Source: Octopus sinensis
Lineage: Eukaryota
DNA length: 64,000 nt
Direction: 5' to 3'
NCBI RefSeq assembly: GCF_006345805.1
Contig: NC_042998.1
Span: 125,674,001-125,738,000, forward strand
Numbering within the stretch: position 1 is the stretch's first letter; each line of letters opens with the position of its first letter. The translations under genes and the position numbers were made by a program. Shown piece after piece: positions 14,029 to 27,114 of the stretch. Under the pieces are notes generated by a model, which did no database searches, was not told the DNA's origin, and was given only the letters and a program-made list of their open reading frames with translations.

Positions 14029-15288
14029 GTGGGTCATCCCATAAATAAAGCAGTTTTTATTTTTCAAAATTAAGATAAACAAAGTTCTTTTTTAATCTAA
14101 AATCTACTCTTCTTCATTTTCTACAATGCTCTTCCATCTATCTGGTAGACTTCTAAAATTCACTTGTCTATGATGTTAATTACTCCTCCACTGCTGTTCT
14201 GACCTTGTCTACAGAATTCATATTTTTTCCTTCCAAATGATTTTGAAGACTGTGGAATAAATGATAATTAGATGGGGCAATGTCCGGCAAATATGGTGGG
14301 TGGAGCATCGTCTCCCATTCAAACTGCTCCAGCCTTTGGAATGTCATCCTCGCGGTATGTGCTAAGCATTATCCTGATGGAAGAACACCTTTCGTCTTGA
14401 AACCAAAGATGGTCATTTTTCTTTTAGTGCTGACTTAAGTTGCTCAAGCTGCTTGCATTAGATCTCCTTTGTTAGCATTTGGTTTGGGTTTAAAAGTTCA
14501 AAGTGAACTAAACCTTTCATATCCCACCTAACAGACAACAACATCTTATGTGGGTGAAGACTTTCTTTAGCCTGGGGTGTTGGTGTTTCTCCTTTCCCTG
14601 CCTACTGTCTTTGGTGCTTGACATTTTTATAGAGAACCCATTTCTCATCACCAGTTACTATTTGGTCCAAAAATGGTTCACTTGTGAGACGTGACAGCAA
14701 AGAAGCACACACATTCACTCTCTGCATGCGATTAAATTCGGAAAGTTTGTGAGGAACCCATTGACCCAATTTGATGAGTTTTCCAATGGCACACAGGTGT
14801 CAATGGATGGCTGAATGATTAAATCCAATCTTCTCTGCTAGTTCCTTGACACTTATGATGGGTTTTGTTCCACTAGGGTTTGCAAGATGTCCTTGTTGAG
14901 CTCTACAGATCTTTCAGGATGAGGCTTGTCTTCTAGGCTGTAGTTTCCAGCTCAGAATTTCTAGAACCACCGTTAACATTGGCTTACACTTATTGTCCAA
15001 TCCCCATATACTGCATTAATATTCCTTGCACTTTCTGTTGTGTTGTTGCCTTTATTGAACTCATAAAGCAAAATATGCCAAATATGCTCCTTTGTCACTT
15101 CTATTATAGCTTTGAAAAAATAACTGTTAAAATCGAACTGCATTCTTCAAAACTAGCACTAAGAATAAGAGCAAGGTAAAATTACTACCTGCTTTTATAG
15201 CAAGTTGATGCAGGTAGATTATCTCGTTTCCTTCTGACTTTTAGTTCATGCAACTGGAAAAAACTGCATTATTTATGGGATGACCTAA
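14029..15288 (-). mobile_element. mariner (Tc1/mariner) relic, near full length
   Basis: TIRs gtgggtcatcccataaataaagcagttttt and aaaaaactgcattatttatgggatgacctaa, with TA at 14027-28 and 15289-90. Minus-strand motifs WVPHKL (14760-14743) and HPPYLPDIAPSNYHLFHSLQNHLEGKK (from 14302). Transposase is broken by stops and frameshifts. Confidence 0.9.
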
Positions 15289-15679
15289 TAGATATATACA
15301 CACATGCATGTATCATGTGTGGGTCACAACCAGGATGTATATACTATTTCTATATTGCTCACTACTATAAATGCCAGAGAGCACAGTTTATGAAAGTTTG
15401 ACTTTCATATAAGTCAGTAATATAAATTTTAGTAATTATATCTCCTATGGTATTAGTTTATAGATTGAAAGTACTTCAAGGAAATTGAGACCCTGACTTT
15501 GTTTCATTTCTAATATTCAAATATATTTCTAGAGAAGGCATGAACATCACACAGTCTTATTTCTTCTCACTTCATCATTCCTTTAAATCTCAAAACTTGT
15601 TTTTAAGTGAGAAATCATTTTTTTTTCTCTTAGTTGATCTGAAGAAGTGAAAAAATGCCCGTATCTTTTTTGTCTTCAT

Positions 15680-18436
15680 AATAGCCATGAATAATGGAGT
15701 GGGCAGACTGTTAGCAGAAAAGTGGGTGGATAAGGTAATTGAGGTAGTCAAAGTATGTGATAAGGGTTATTAAGCTAAGACTTATAAATAAATTAACAGT
15801 TACATTTGTCTCTGCCTATGCTCCACAGGCTGAGCTGGCTGATGACCAGAAGGACCAATTCTACAAGGTCCTTCTTCAGACTATCTCAATGACAAATGAC
15901 AGAGACTTGGTTATTGTGTCTGGTGACTTTAATGGACATGTTGGGCAGCGTTCCTATGGATTCCGTGGGGTGCATTGTGGTTATGGCTTTGGCTTCAGGA
16001 ATGAGAAGTGAACAAGGCTACTGGAGTTTTGTGATGCAAATGATCTCATGATCTGCAACACTAACTTCAGAAAACCAACCAGCCACCTAATCACTTATCA
16101 GTCTGGTGGGCACATAATCCAGATCAATTACTTCCTCACCAGGCAGCATGATATGTAGATGCTCACAAATGGGAAGTCTTTCGCAGATGAAGAGTGTACA
16201 CCCCAACATAGGCTACTAGTTAGTGACTTCAAAATTACAGCTAAAAAGATTCGGAAAAATAAACCTTACTGAAAAAGAAGATTATGGAAGTTCAAAATCC
16301 AGCTAACTGACAGAAATTCAGAGACATTCTAATAGAAGCTTCTGATGATAGAGGTGGAGGAAGTAGGGACATATTGCTTAGAGGACAATTGGAAGTTCCT
16401 GTGGGACAATCTACTGAGGGCTGCAGACCAAATCTGTGGCTGGTACAAAGTCCCAGCTAGACTGTAGGTGACATGGTGAACAGTGCTATAAAAGCAAAGT
16501 GACAGGCCTGTAAAGACTGGAAGAATGGTGGCAGCAGAGAATTATATCAGGTATCCAGAAGGGAAGCTAGGCAACAGGTTTACATAGCAAAAGGAATAGC
16601 CAAAAGTAAGAGGTTTGTCAATGTTCTACAGTGTGAGGATCAGAGGCGTGCGGTGTTCAGGATTGCAAAACTGTATATGAGAGAATAGAGATGTGATGGG
16701 TGTGCAAATGGATAATGGTATGCATACACTTAATAACTCAGAGAAGAAAGATGTATGGAAATACCACTACGTGGAAAATGAATGGGAGAAGGAGAGTTTT
16801 TCAAATATTGAACCAATTGAGAGACCAGCCATCAGAGTTGATAGCAGCATAATAAATAAGGCAATTAAGGATATGAAATCAGGGACAACCCCTAGGCCAT
16901 GAAGAATCACTGATGAGATGATTAAAATATCTGGTGGTGTAGGATACAGCCTAGTCACCCATATAGTTAACCAGGTTATTCAGGGAGGTGCCATCCATAA
17001 TGACTGGTGTAGTGCTACAAGGGTAAAGGGATGCCTTAGATAGAAATAACTACAGAGGTACCAAACTGTTAGATCAGGTAATTAAAGTTACTGAGAAGGT
17101 TATAGCTCAATTGATTTGGAATAGAATTAAACTAGATGAGATGTTGTTTGTTTTTGTGCCTGAGAAGAGTACCACAGATGCTATCTTCCTAGTGAGACAG
17201 CTGCAGGAAAAGTATTTGGCCTAAAGTAAGCCATTGTACTTAGCTTTCATCGACCTTGAGAAAGCTTTTGCCAGAGTTCCCCATTCTGTTATATGGTGGT
17301 CTCTAAGGAAGTTAGGAGTAGAGGAGAGGCTTGTTAGAGCTGTACAAGCCATGTACAGTGGTGTTATCAGTAATATGAGATTCAGCCATAAATACAGTGA
17401 TGAATTTAGCGTACAAGTAAAGGTTCACCAAGGTTCAATTCTCAGCCCACTCACTTATCATAGTCCTCCGGGCCATAACAGAGGAAATCAAAACTGGATG
17501 CCCATGGGAACTACTTCATGCTGATGACCTCGCTCTGATTGCAGAATCAGAGAAAAAATTCCAGGCATGGAAGCAAAACCTGAAATCCATGGCCTTAAAG
17601 TTAAACTAGCAAAGACCGAAGTTGTTAGCAAGAAAGGAGATTAGGTTCTCTTCCTGTCAGGTAAATGACCCTGCTCAATATGTAGAGAAGGAGTTGGAAG
17701 TAATTCCATTCACTGCACCTAGTGTAAGCTATGGACTCATAAGAAGCGCGGTGGAATTACAGGTAAATTAACAGATAAAGTCATCTTCGTATGTGGCAGA
17801 TGTGCAGGAACAATAAGAGCACACAGGGCTTAGATTCTCTCAACTGCCAAGGAGGCTCTCTTGAGGATGTAGATAGTTTCTGTTACCTAGGTGACCAAAT
17901 TAGTAACAGTGGAGGATGCTCTGAAAGTATTGTTTCTAGAATATGAATAGGATGGAGGAAGTTCAGAGAGCTGTTACTTCTGTTGGCAACAAAAGGACTC
18001 TCTCAGAGTGAAAGGTAGATTGTATGGTGCTTGTGTGTGAACAACTATACTCCATGGTAGTGAGACATGGGCTTTGAATGCTGAAGACATGTGTAAACAG
18101 GAGAGAAATGAAGGCTGTATGCTCCACTGGATGTGCAACATCAGTGTGCATGTACAACAAAATGCAAACGTATTGAGAGCTAAGTTGGGCATAAGAGGAA
18201 TCAAATGCAGCATGCAAGAGAGAAGACTACGTTGGTTTGGACACGTGATATGTATGAATGAAGACAGCTGTATAAAGACTTCTGTGTCTGTTTTGGCATG
18301 GTTTTTATGGTTGGATACCATAAAAACCATGCCAAAACATACAGAAGTCTGGAGTTGGCTCTTACCTGGTCAGCACCTGTCAAACTGTCCAACCCAAGCT
18401 AGCATCGAAGGCAGACATTAAACAATGATGATGATG
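15680..18436 (+). mobile_element. RTE-clade LINE, degenerate
   Basis: APE motifs VTFVSAYAPQ and GDFNGHVG (ORF 15757). RT motifs AFIDLEKAF and VHQGSILSP (ORF 17234). C-terminal RRLRWFGHV (ORF 18074) and (GAT)n tail. Many stops and frameshifts. Confidence 0.9.
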
Positions 18437-18690
18437 AAACTGGTTGGGCAGAAATATTTAAGAAAGACTGATGTTGTCACTGACCAGCTATACCTGTTAA
18501 TGGTATTGGTATATGGAATGAAAACAAAATCTGAAAGATATTTTCTGAGGGATGCCATTACTTGAAAGGAACATTAAGTAAAATGTCTAGAGCAGGATTT
18601 AGTTGGAAGTAAGATACAACAGATGATGAGAGTGGGGGTGATGAAAGTGAGCAGGTTTAGGTATATGTGTATATTAGGAAGTGTTACATA

Positions 18691-18888
18691 AAAAGGGGTG
18701 CTGAAAAGTTTCTGGTTTTAATGGTATTGTGAAAGGTATTCTGAGTTCTTTTACAGGGCTTAGAATAACTGAAGGACTGTTGCAATAAGTGTGTGAATCA
18801 GAAGGGAATATGTTGAATAAAACCATCATTAACTGATTCTCCTCAAATTTCTTTTACTCATAGCCAGGAACTTTTCAGCATCCCTTTG
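18691..18888 (+). mobile_element. non-autonomous mariner derivative (MITE)
   Basis: TIRs aaaaggggtgctgaaaagtttctggtt and agccaggaacttttcagcatccctttg, TA on both sides. Internal remnant resembles a transposase C-terminus (LKDCCNKCVNQKG). Confidence 0.75.
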
Positions 18889-19289
18889 TATAGCCAATAT
18901 ATTCAAAGAGAATATATTGGCTATAGTATTGATAAAAGAGACTGAGGGATGTGAAAAGCCTGATTTCTATGGAATTTTATTACTTTTGACTAAATATAAT
19001 AATCCTTGTCACTGTAAATCACCATCATCAACATAGTTACCATCACTATCATCAGTGTCCTCATTGCTACTGTCATCACAAGTTATTATACTGCAGCACA
19101 CTTGCTGTTTCAATATGTTGCTGTACGTCTACTGGAGAAGTAGTGTTCCATGTACAACTGTTATATGAAACCCACTTAAAAACAAAAAATTTCGAAGGGA
19201 GGAATACAAAGTTTCATCGCTGTAAGTGCTCATCATCATCATCCCCACCAATACCACCACAATGACAATGGCAATGTCTGCTTTTCTAT

Positions 19290-19730
19290 GCATAGCTTAG
19301 ACAAGTCCTTTCTGACACCATGCCTTGCTGTTTGTTACATTACTTTTTCGTCTTTTTTGTGATGTTCAACATCCTGACATCACCTTTTGTCACTTCTGTC
19401 CATGTCTTCCTTGGTCTTCATCTTCCCCTGGTTCCTTCCACTTGGATCGCCTCAGAATTTGTTACCTGTCTGTTATTATCCATATGCATTACATGTTGCA
19501 ACGATACAGTCTTTCTTCTTGCACATTGATTTCTCTTATGTTCAGTTTATCTCTCCGCTCATCTGCACCACATCATTCATGCACATTGCAAATCCAGTGG
19601 AGCATGTCTGCTTCATTCATTTCCAACCTTCGCATATCCTCTGCATTCACTACCTATATCTCACTGCCATGTAACATTGCACTTTGTACTCAAGCAACAT
19701 ACAATCTCTCTTTTGCTGAAGTACTGTTGC
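19290..19730 (-). mobile_element. RTE-LINE 3' coding fragment
   Basis: Reverse complement resembles the RTE C-terminal region seen at 17980-18290 and 38884-39261. Confidence 0.65.
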
Positions 19731-19763
19731 AACAAAATTAATATTGATATTACCATAAAGTGA

Positions 19764-19973
19764 GGTGGTAAGCTGGCAGAATCGTTAGTATGCCAGGCAA
19801 AATGCTTAGCGGTATTTCATCCATCTTTACATTATGGGTTCATATTCTGCTGAGGTTGACTTTACATTTCATCCTTTAGGGGTTGATAAAATAAGTACCA
19901 ATTAATCACTGGGGTCAATGTAATTGACCTACCCCACTCTGGAAATTACTGGCCTTGTACCACAATTTGAAGC
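19764..19973 (+). mobile_element. tRNA-derived SINE, family 3, with 19-bp TSD
   Basis: ggcagaatcgttag...gaggttgactttacatttcatcc...aagtacca body. TGATATTACCATAAAGTGA is repeated at 19745-19763 and 19974-19992. Further copies at ~20875(-), 31650(-), 31860(-), 36975(-), 38610(-), 40790, 57053(-), 57845(-), 61670(-). Confidence 0.85.
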
Positions 19974-20356
19974 TGATATTACCATAAAGTGAATTACTTA
20001 AATAATGTAGGATAGGGATCAAATTAAAAAAGTTGGAATCTATTAAGTCAGTACCTACAGGTTGTATATGATCAATCAAAATCTATATGCAGTGTCTATG
20101 CTTTGTTTGCCCTCTGTGTTTAGCCCCTTGTGGGAAGTAAAGAAATAGGTATATCCAATCAAGATTTTCAAATTGTATCAATCCAGTGAATATCTACAAT
20201 CTATACCTATCCAGTCAACACCTAAAGATGATATCTATACAAATTTACATTCAATGACCATGTCAGTTAAGTCAAATTCTACTTGTTGAGCCTATTCAGT
20301 TAACATGTACTGATTATGCCTAATCAGGCAACATCTGAAGATTTCATGTATATATA

Positions 20357-20737
20357 GGCGCAAGGGTGGCTCTGTGGTAAGTAGCTTGCTTACCATCCAC
20401 ATGCTCCCAGGTTCAGTCCCACTGCGTGGCACCTTGGGCAAGTGTCTTCTACTATTGCCTTGGGCCGACCAAAGCCTTGTGAGTGGATTTGGTAGACAGA
20501 AACTCAAAGAGGCCTGTTGTATATATGTATAAATATGTTTGTGTGTCCGTGTTCGTCCCCCTAGCATTGCTTGACAACTGATGCTGGTGTGTTTATGTCC
20601 CCGTCACTTTGCAGTTCGGAAAAAGAGACCGATAGAATAAGTACTGGGCTTACAAAGAATAAGTCTCGGGGTCAATTTACTCGACTAAAGGCGGTGCTCC
20701 AACATGGCTGCAGTCAAATGACTGAAACAAGTAAAGA

Positions 20738-20738
<1 letters not shown>
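20357..20738 (+). mobile_element. SINE family 1 copy
   Basis: Full head-to-tail copy followed by (TA)n. Confidence 0.85.
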
Positions 20739-20779
<41 letters not shown>

Positions 20780-21841
20780 AGTGAAAAAGTTGCAGACTAT
20801 ATCTAAGGAGTCTCTTAATCAATCGGCTGAATATACCTAGTGTTCAATTTAAGACTGTGTCTCTGCAGTCAACATTGGTTTCAAGTTTTGGCACAAGGCC
20901 AGCAAGTTCAGGGTTTGGGATAAGTCAATTATATCAACCTCAGTGCTCAACTGGTACTTATTTTATCAACTCCAAAAGGATGAAATGCAACGGCAAACCT
21001 AGCGGAATTTGAATTTGGAATGTAAGTATGGATGAAATGCTGATAAGGATTTTACCCTGCATGCAAACAATTCTGCCAACTTGCAACCCTAAGTCAACCT
21101 CAGAATGTAAGGACGGATGAACTGCCACTAAGCATTTTGCCTGGCATGCTAACCGTTTTGCAAACTCATCACCTTTCTTCACAATCAACATTGAAAAACA
21201 AGAATTATCTAGCCAATATTTACTTGGCAGAATTTGAACTCAGAACGTAAAGATGCATGGAGTGCTACTAAACATTTTGCCAACTCATCGCCTTTCTCTA
21301 TACGCCAATATCTACAAGCTGTGTTTATTCAATGAACATCTGTGTGCAGTATCTATTCAAGTGATACTTACAAATTGTGTTTAAACTATCAAAAAAATAT
21401 ATATATCTGCTTTTTATGTTTATCCAGTGAACATCCAAAAATTATATCAACCAGGACAGTATCAGTACACAATGTGTCTTTCAAGTCAACTCCTAGTCTC
21501 TCTATTAAAATGTCTTTAAAGCAATGTGTCACTTACAACAGATAGTCTGAATAATGCCTTTATTTATCAGGGGGGAAAGCCAAGTTTAACTTCTCGATGT
21601 AATGATAAGTGGACACTCCTGAGTCATGTATTCAGTTGTGTATACACCTTCCTTTTCCTGGCTCAGGAAACTATTTTGTGGGAGTTCCACATCTTACCAG
21701 TGCTTCCTTTCATATCTGCCACAAACAGATAATTTGAAAATAAGCATTCATATATCTGTGTAATTGTGTATATGTACATGCTTAGGTTTGCTTCCACATA
21801 TGTCTGTACAAATTTACATACTACATGTCTTATTATATTTT

Positions 21842-21912
<71 letters not shown>

Positions 21913-22210
21913 GTATATTATCTTTTATCTTTTACTTGTTCCAATCACTAGACTGTGGCTGGCCATACTGGGGCACCGCCTTAAGAAATTTTTAGTTAAA
22001 CAAATTGAAGCCAGTACTTATTTCTTTTCCTTGTAAACCTGATACTTTCTACCAGTTTCTTTTACTGAACTGGTAAGCTAAGGGGACATGAACACACCAA
22101 CACTGGTGTATATATATGTGTGTGTGTATGTTTGTATATATATATATATATATATACACAAGACGGACATCCTTTCAGTTTCCACCTACATATGTATGTG
22201 TGTGTGTGTG

Positions 22211-22255
<45 letters not shown>

Positions 22256-22744
22256 ATATACATATTTGTATATATATATATGTGTGTGTGTATGTCTGTA
22301 TACACACACACACACACACTATATATATATATATATATATATATATTCACATCTGTCCAGAGTTCTACATTGAAAGCCTTAAATACTGTAGTCTAACTAC
22401 TGTATCTTAGGTTTTCTAATATATGCTGCATAATGCATATCTATTTTACACATATACACACATATTTCTGTATGCATGAATGTATGTACATACATGTATA
22501 TCTGTCATCATCATCTTCATCTTCGTCATCATTTAGGCTTTGTTTTCCATCTGGTATGGGTTAGATGGTTTGACAGGAACTGGTAAGCCATAGAGCCGCA
22601 CCAGACTCCAGTCTGTTTTAGCTTAGTTTCCATTGCTGGATGCCCTTCCCTAACATCAGGCAGCCCATAGAGTGTACTGGACTTTTTCATGTAGCTCAGG
22701 TGTCTTTTATGTGTCACTGGCACAGGTGCCTTATACACACACAT

Positions 22745-22783
<39 letters not shown>

Positions 22784-22825
22784 TACACACACACACAAAC
22801 ACACACATATATGTATGTGTATGTA

Positions 22826-23165
22826 GTGAAGGCACATGGCTCAGTGGTTAGAGCATCGAGCTTACGATCGTGAGGTTGTGAGCTCGAATCCTGGACCGAG
22901 CTCCGTGTTGTGTTCTTGAGCAAGACACTTTATTTCACATTGCTCCAGTTCACTAAGCTGTAGAAATGAGTTGCAACATCACAGATGCCATGCTGTATCG
23001 GCTTTTCCCTTTCCCTTGGATAACATCGGTGGCTTGGAGAAGGGAGGCCAGTATGCGTGGGCAACTGCTGGTCTTCCATAAACAACCTTGTCCGGACTTG
23101 TGCTTGGGAGGGTAACTTTCTAGGTGCAATCCCATGCTCTATGTCATGACCAAAGTGGGTCTCAG
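22826..23165 (+). mobile_element. tRNA-derived SINE, family 2
   Basis: Head ggcacatggctcagtggttagagc...tcgaatcc and central ttcttgagcaagacactttatttcacattgctccagttcac. Further copies at 8645, 44958, 49649 (9-bp TSD cctcagcac), 56520(-), 57463. Confidence 0.85.
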
Positions 23166-23445
23166 AATGTAGGTATATATATGTGTGTGTTTATGCTACC
23201 TTGTCTTGACATTGTGCACTAATCATAAACAACCATCACCATCACATAGGCAACTCCATTCATTTGCAATCTTCCATGTAAAGATGTCCAGCCATCATGT
23301 GCTTTGTATTCTAAGCCCTTGGGAAAATATGGCCTTGCTTGGAATTAGGTGAGGGCAGGCAACAGGAAGAACATCTGGCTACAGAAAAATCTGCCTCAAT
23401 GAATTTCCTTCTGACCCATGCAAGCATGGAAAATCATTTATAAAA

Positions 23446-23960
23446 GTGTATCATATACATGCAAACATATATATATATACGTTTATATATTTGTTGTGCA
23501 AGATTTTTTATGTGAAGTCGTGTGTTGAAACAGATATTGTTATATTTCGGAATGGTCATTTTGCCAGTTTAGCCAATAAAAACACATGCACTATATATTT
23601 GGTGTTATTTTGCTTCAGTGTTATTTATTTTTTACATTAATCTTAATCTTATTTCGGCCAGAGTTCTTTCGTCACACTCCTGTGACCGCATCAGTGGTCC
23701 TTTGTTTTCTTCTTTCTTATTTGTGTCTCTCCGTACTAACCGTCAGCCATTTTGTATTTCTATTGTATGTCTTCATTTGCGCATGCTTATATCTCTATGT
23801 GCGTCTATGTTTATTTAGTGTGTGTGTGTGTGGGGGGATGCCTGTAATATTTGTATCTTCTGTTTATATACGTTCATGTAATTTGTTTTTGTTGTTGTTG
23901 TTTTTGTTTATTCTTATTTTGTTCATGTGTTTACATCCACTTATTATTATCATATAATGA
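23446..23960 (-). mobile_element. short repeat (family B) carrying a hammerhead-like motif, possibly Penelope-derived
   Basis: Contains the motif at 23656-23700. Boundaries are approximate and there is only one copy in the window. Confidence 0.45.
23656..23700 (-). ncRNA. variant minimal type-I hammerhead-like motif (family B)
   Basis: Minus strand reads GGACCA CTGATGC G GTCACA-GGAG-TGTGAC GAAA GAA CTC / TGGCC. Perfect 6-bp stem II, intact GAAA, CUC triplet, stem I 4/5 pairs. The conserved A9 is C. Confidence 0.45.
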
Positions 23961-24849
23961 TAATATAATATAATATAATGATAATAATAAATCTCTCTTC
24001 ATCACACACCTTTTTATCTGAAAATTATTGGGAAATTATGAACAGAAACAAATTACAGATTCAGACTGTCTATATTTTAAGATAATTATTTTAAAAATTT
24101 GATAAACAACTGAAATGGGGGTGGGGCAGAGTTAACAAAAAAATTATAAAAAATTTCACTATTTTTTAATTGTTTAATTTTCTGTTTGAAAATATAGGAA
24201 GTGGAATTTGTAATGATGATCGCTGATTTCCAAAAGTATTTTTATTTTTTAACTAACAAGACTTCTCTCAGCGTTTTTAAGTGCGTAATGAACAAAATAT
24301 TGGTCAAAAGCAGTACTGAGTGGGGGAAGGGGGCTTGGAAAAATTGTGTATTTTCAAAACTTTGCTTTTTTATCTGAAAAGGTGTCTCCCATTGTCTTTA
24401 AGTGTGTAATGCAAAAATAAAAAATAAAAATAGGACAAAATCAATCTGAAAGTTGGGAGAAGTGAATCATAATTTTTCAAACATGTCTTTTTCATAAAAT
24501 TTGCAAGGATGTGGTGAAAAAAAGAAAATTGGTAAAATCCCCATCAAAATCCAACTTATGTGGGTGTGCTATTTTGAGAGTTTGCCAAGGTATTCTATTG
24601 TGAAAATTGCCCAGCTATGATGGGAGATAAATCTTAATCTTTTGCTTGTTTCAGTCATTTGACTGCAGCCATGCAGGGGTATCGCCTTGAAAGGTTTCAG
24701 TCAAACGAATTGACCTCAAGACTTATTTTTTCTAAGCCTAGTACTTATTCTATTGGTCTCTTTTGCCAAACCAAGGACACAAACACACCAACAATGGTTG
24801 TCAAGCGATGGCAGGGGCAAACAGACACAAAGACATGCACACAAATCCC

Positions 24850-25830
24850 TTCAGGTAGATGGCCCTGCTTGATCTGTAGAAAAGGCTTAGGTAGAAACTC
24901 CATAAGATGTACCCAGTGTATGCTATGGAGACATAAGAGGTGCAGCAATATCAAAGGAAGTTTAACTGAGAAGATAGTTTTTGTGTGTGGCGGATGCGCA
25001 GGTGCGATAAACACCAAAGATGTGCAGAAAACAGATTCCATCACATGCCAAAGGGAAAAACTAGAAGTAGTTGATAGCTTCTGTTACTTAGGTGACCAAG
25101 TCAGTAGCTGGGGTGGATGCTCTGAGAGTGTAGCAGCTAGTATAAGAATATAGTTATGTGTTGCATATGGATGAGAACAGCTGTGTGAAGAAGAGTTACA
25201 ACCTAACAGTGGAGGGAACCTGTAGAAGAAGTAGACTCAGGAAGACATAGGATGAGGTGGTGAAGCACAACCTTTGAACATTGGACCTCACAGAGCCAAT
25301 GAAAAGCAACCAAGGCCTTTAGAAATATGTTGTGCTTGAGAAGACCTGGCAAGCCAAGTTAGATTGTAGCTGTGGCGGATGCCAGTGTTGCATAACTGGC
25401 CCATTTAGAAGCACCCTTCAATCATCTGGCAATATTCCATGCTTGTGAAGACTTGTTGAACCAAGTGAAATCGTAGTTATGGCTGATGCCAGTGCTGCCT
25501 AACTGGCACCTGTGCCGGTGGCATGTAAAAGACACCATTCAAATGTGGCCAATGCCAGTACCGCCTGACTGGCACCTGTACTAGTGGCACATAAAAGACA
25601 CCATTCAAGCGTGGTTGATGCCTGTACCACCTGACTGGCTCTTTTGCTGGAGCTAAAAAGCACCCAGTAAACTCTCAAAGTGGTTGACGTTAGGAAGGAT
25701 ATCCAGCTGTAGAAACCTTGCCAAATCAGATTGGCGCTTAGGGCAGCCTCCCGCCTTGCCAGTTCTCAGTCAAACTTCCAACCCATGTCAGCATGGAAAG
25801 CAGACATCAAACAACATTGATGATGATACA
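24850..25830 (+). mobile_element. RTE-LINE 3' fragment with internal deletion
   Basis: ORF 24659 C-terminal part: PCLIC...HKRC...CGGC finger, then EVVDSFCYLGDQV. 3'-UTR has 66-bp hairpin repeats and a (GAT)n tail. Confidence 0.85.
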
Positions 25831-26299
25831 ATGGAATTCTTTTAGTTTCCATCTACCAAATCCACTCACGAGGTTTTGATTGGCCCAAGGATATAGAAGA
25901 GATTTGCCCAAGGTGCCACACAGTGGGACTGAACCTGGAACCATGTAGTTGGGAAACAAGCTTCTTACCACACAGCCATGCCTGTGCCTATATATATATA
26001 TGCACATGCACACATGTGTACACACACATATACATATATACACGATGGCTATTTCCTCATTGCTGAGTGTAGTCATCACTGGAAGCATTTCGGAATCAGT
26101 CTCATGTGGGAACAGCATGGCCATGACTTTTCAGTAAATGACCTACTCTGTTTGGCACAGATGTTACATATGTCATTGCCCCCAGTTGTTGATCAGCATG
26201 CGCTTTCGTATTCCCACCCCCAGCTGATAGGCAAACCTTGTTGCATTCATGGCATGCTGTATATGGTGCAATGCAAGTCAACTCTTTGTATGTAGCTTC

Positions 26300-27110
26300 T
26301 TTTGTGACTTTTCTGTGTTGCTCTGCTGAAGTAGACTCTCTCACATTCAGTTACATGTTAGCTTACTCTGGTCGCCCACATTTCCTGTAAATATCATATC
26401 TACACTCTTTCTCGCATCTCTCTTCAGGATTTCCTCAAGCTATCATATCTTGCTTTCCTCCGTCTTGCACTATAAGTTATAGTTTCTTCCCAGTCCTTTT
26501 CCAAGATGTTAGCTTTCTTCAGCTGAAATTTTTGAGGTAGATGTTTTCCATTCCTCATCTTACCATACAGGAGATGCTTTGGAGTCCTGCAGCCCTCCAT
26601 TTTCACCAAGTGACCCACCCATCAGAGTCAGTGATGTAAAATGATTGACTCAGTGGCTTCTTTCAAAGATTTCCAACATTACACACCTACATTTTCCGAC
26701 ACAGGCCCAAGATATGATGCTTTCAACATGTTACCCACATCTCACAAGTATACAACAGGGAGGTAAACACAGACATAATATAAATCTTCACTTTAGTATC
26801 AGCAAAGATACCATGTTGAAATGACAGGCAAATTTCCAACTTTCTGAAAGCACCACTGGCTTTGCTGATTCTTAGCAAGATGTGCATGGTATAATAAGGG
26901 TGCTGCCAAGGTACACAAACCTGCCTACAACTTGAAGCTTCTGACCATACACACAGATATCTGGTTTCAAGTATAGCCCTCCTGGTGCAGGTTGATATAA
27001 GATATATAAAGGTTGATATAACAGTCTTTTTAAGACATATCATCAGGCCTAGGGCAGAACAAATATTGCATGTCTTCTTGAGTGTAAGCAAAGAGAATAC
27101 AGCCATCTAA
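26300..27110 (-). mobile_element. RTE/BovB-like LINE fragment (second RTE family)
   Basis: ORFs 26723 (RISKASGAFRKL...TKVKIY...LLYTCEMW) and 26424 (GHLVKMEGCRTPKHLLYG) are typical RTE-1/BovB C-terminal motifs. Confidence 0.75.
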
Positions 27111-27114
27111 TTGT

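Noticed and set aside
25488-25660. CRISPR-like array
   Set aside because: The units are near-identical end to end with no unique spacers, sit in an RTE 3'-UTR, and there are no cas genes in this eukaryotic context.
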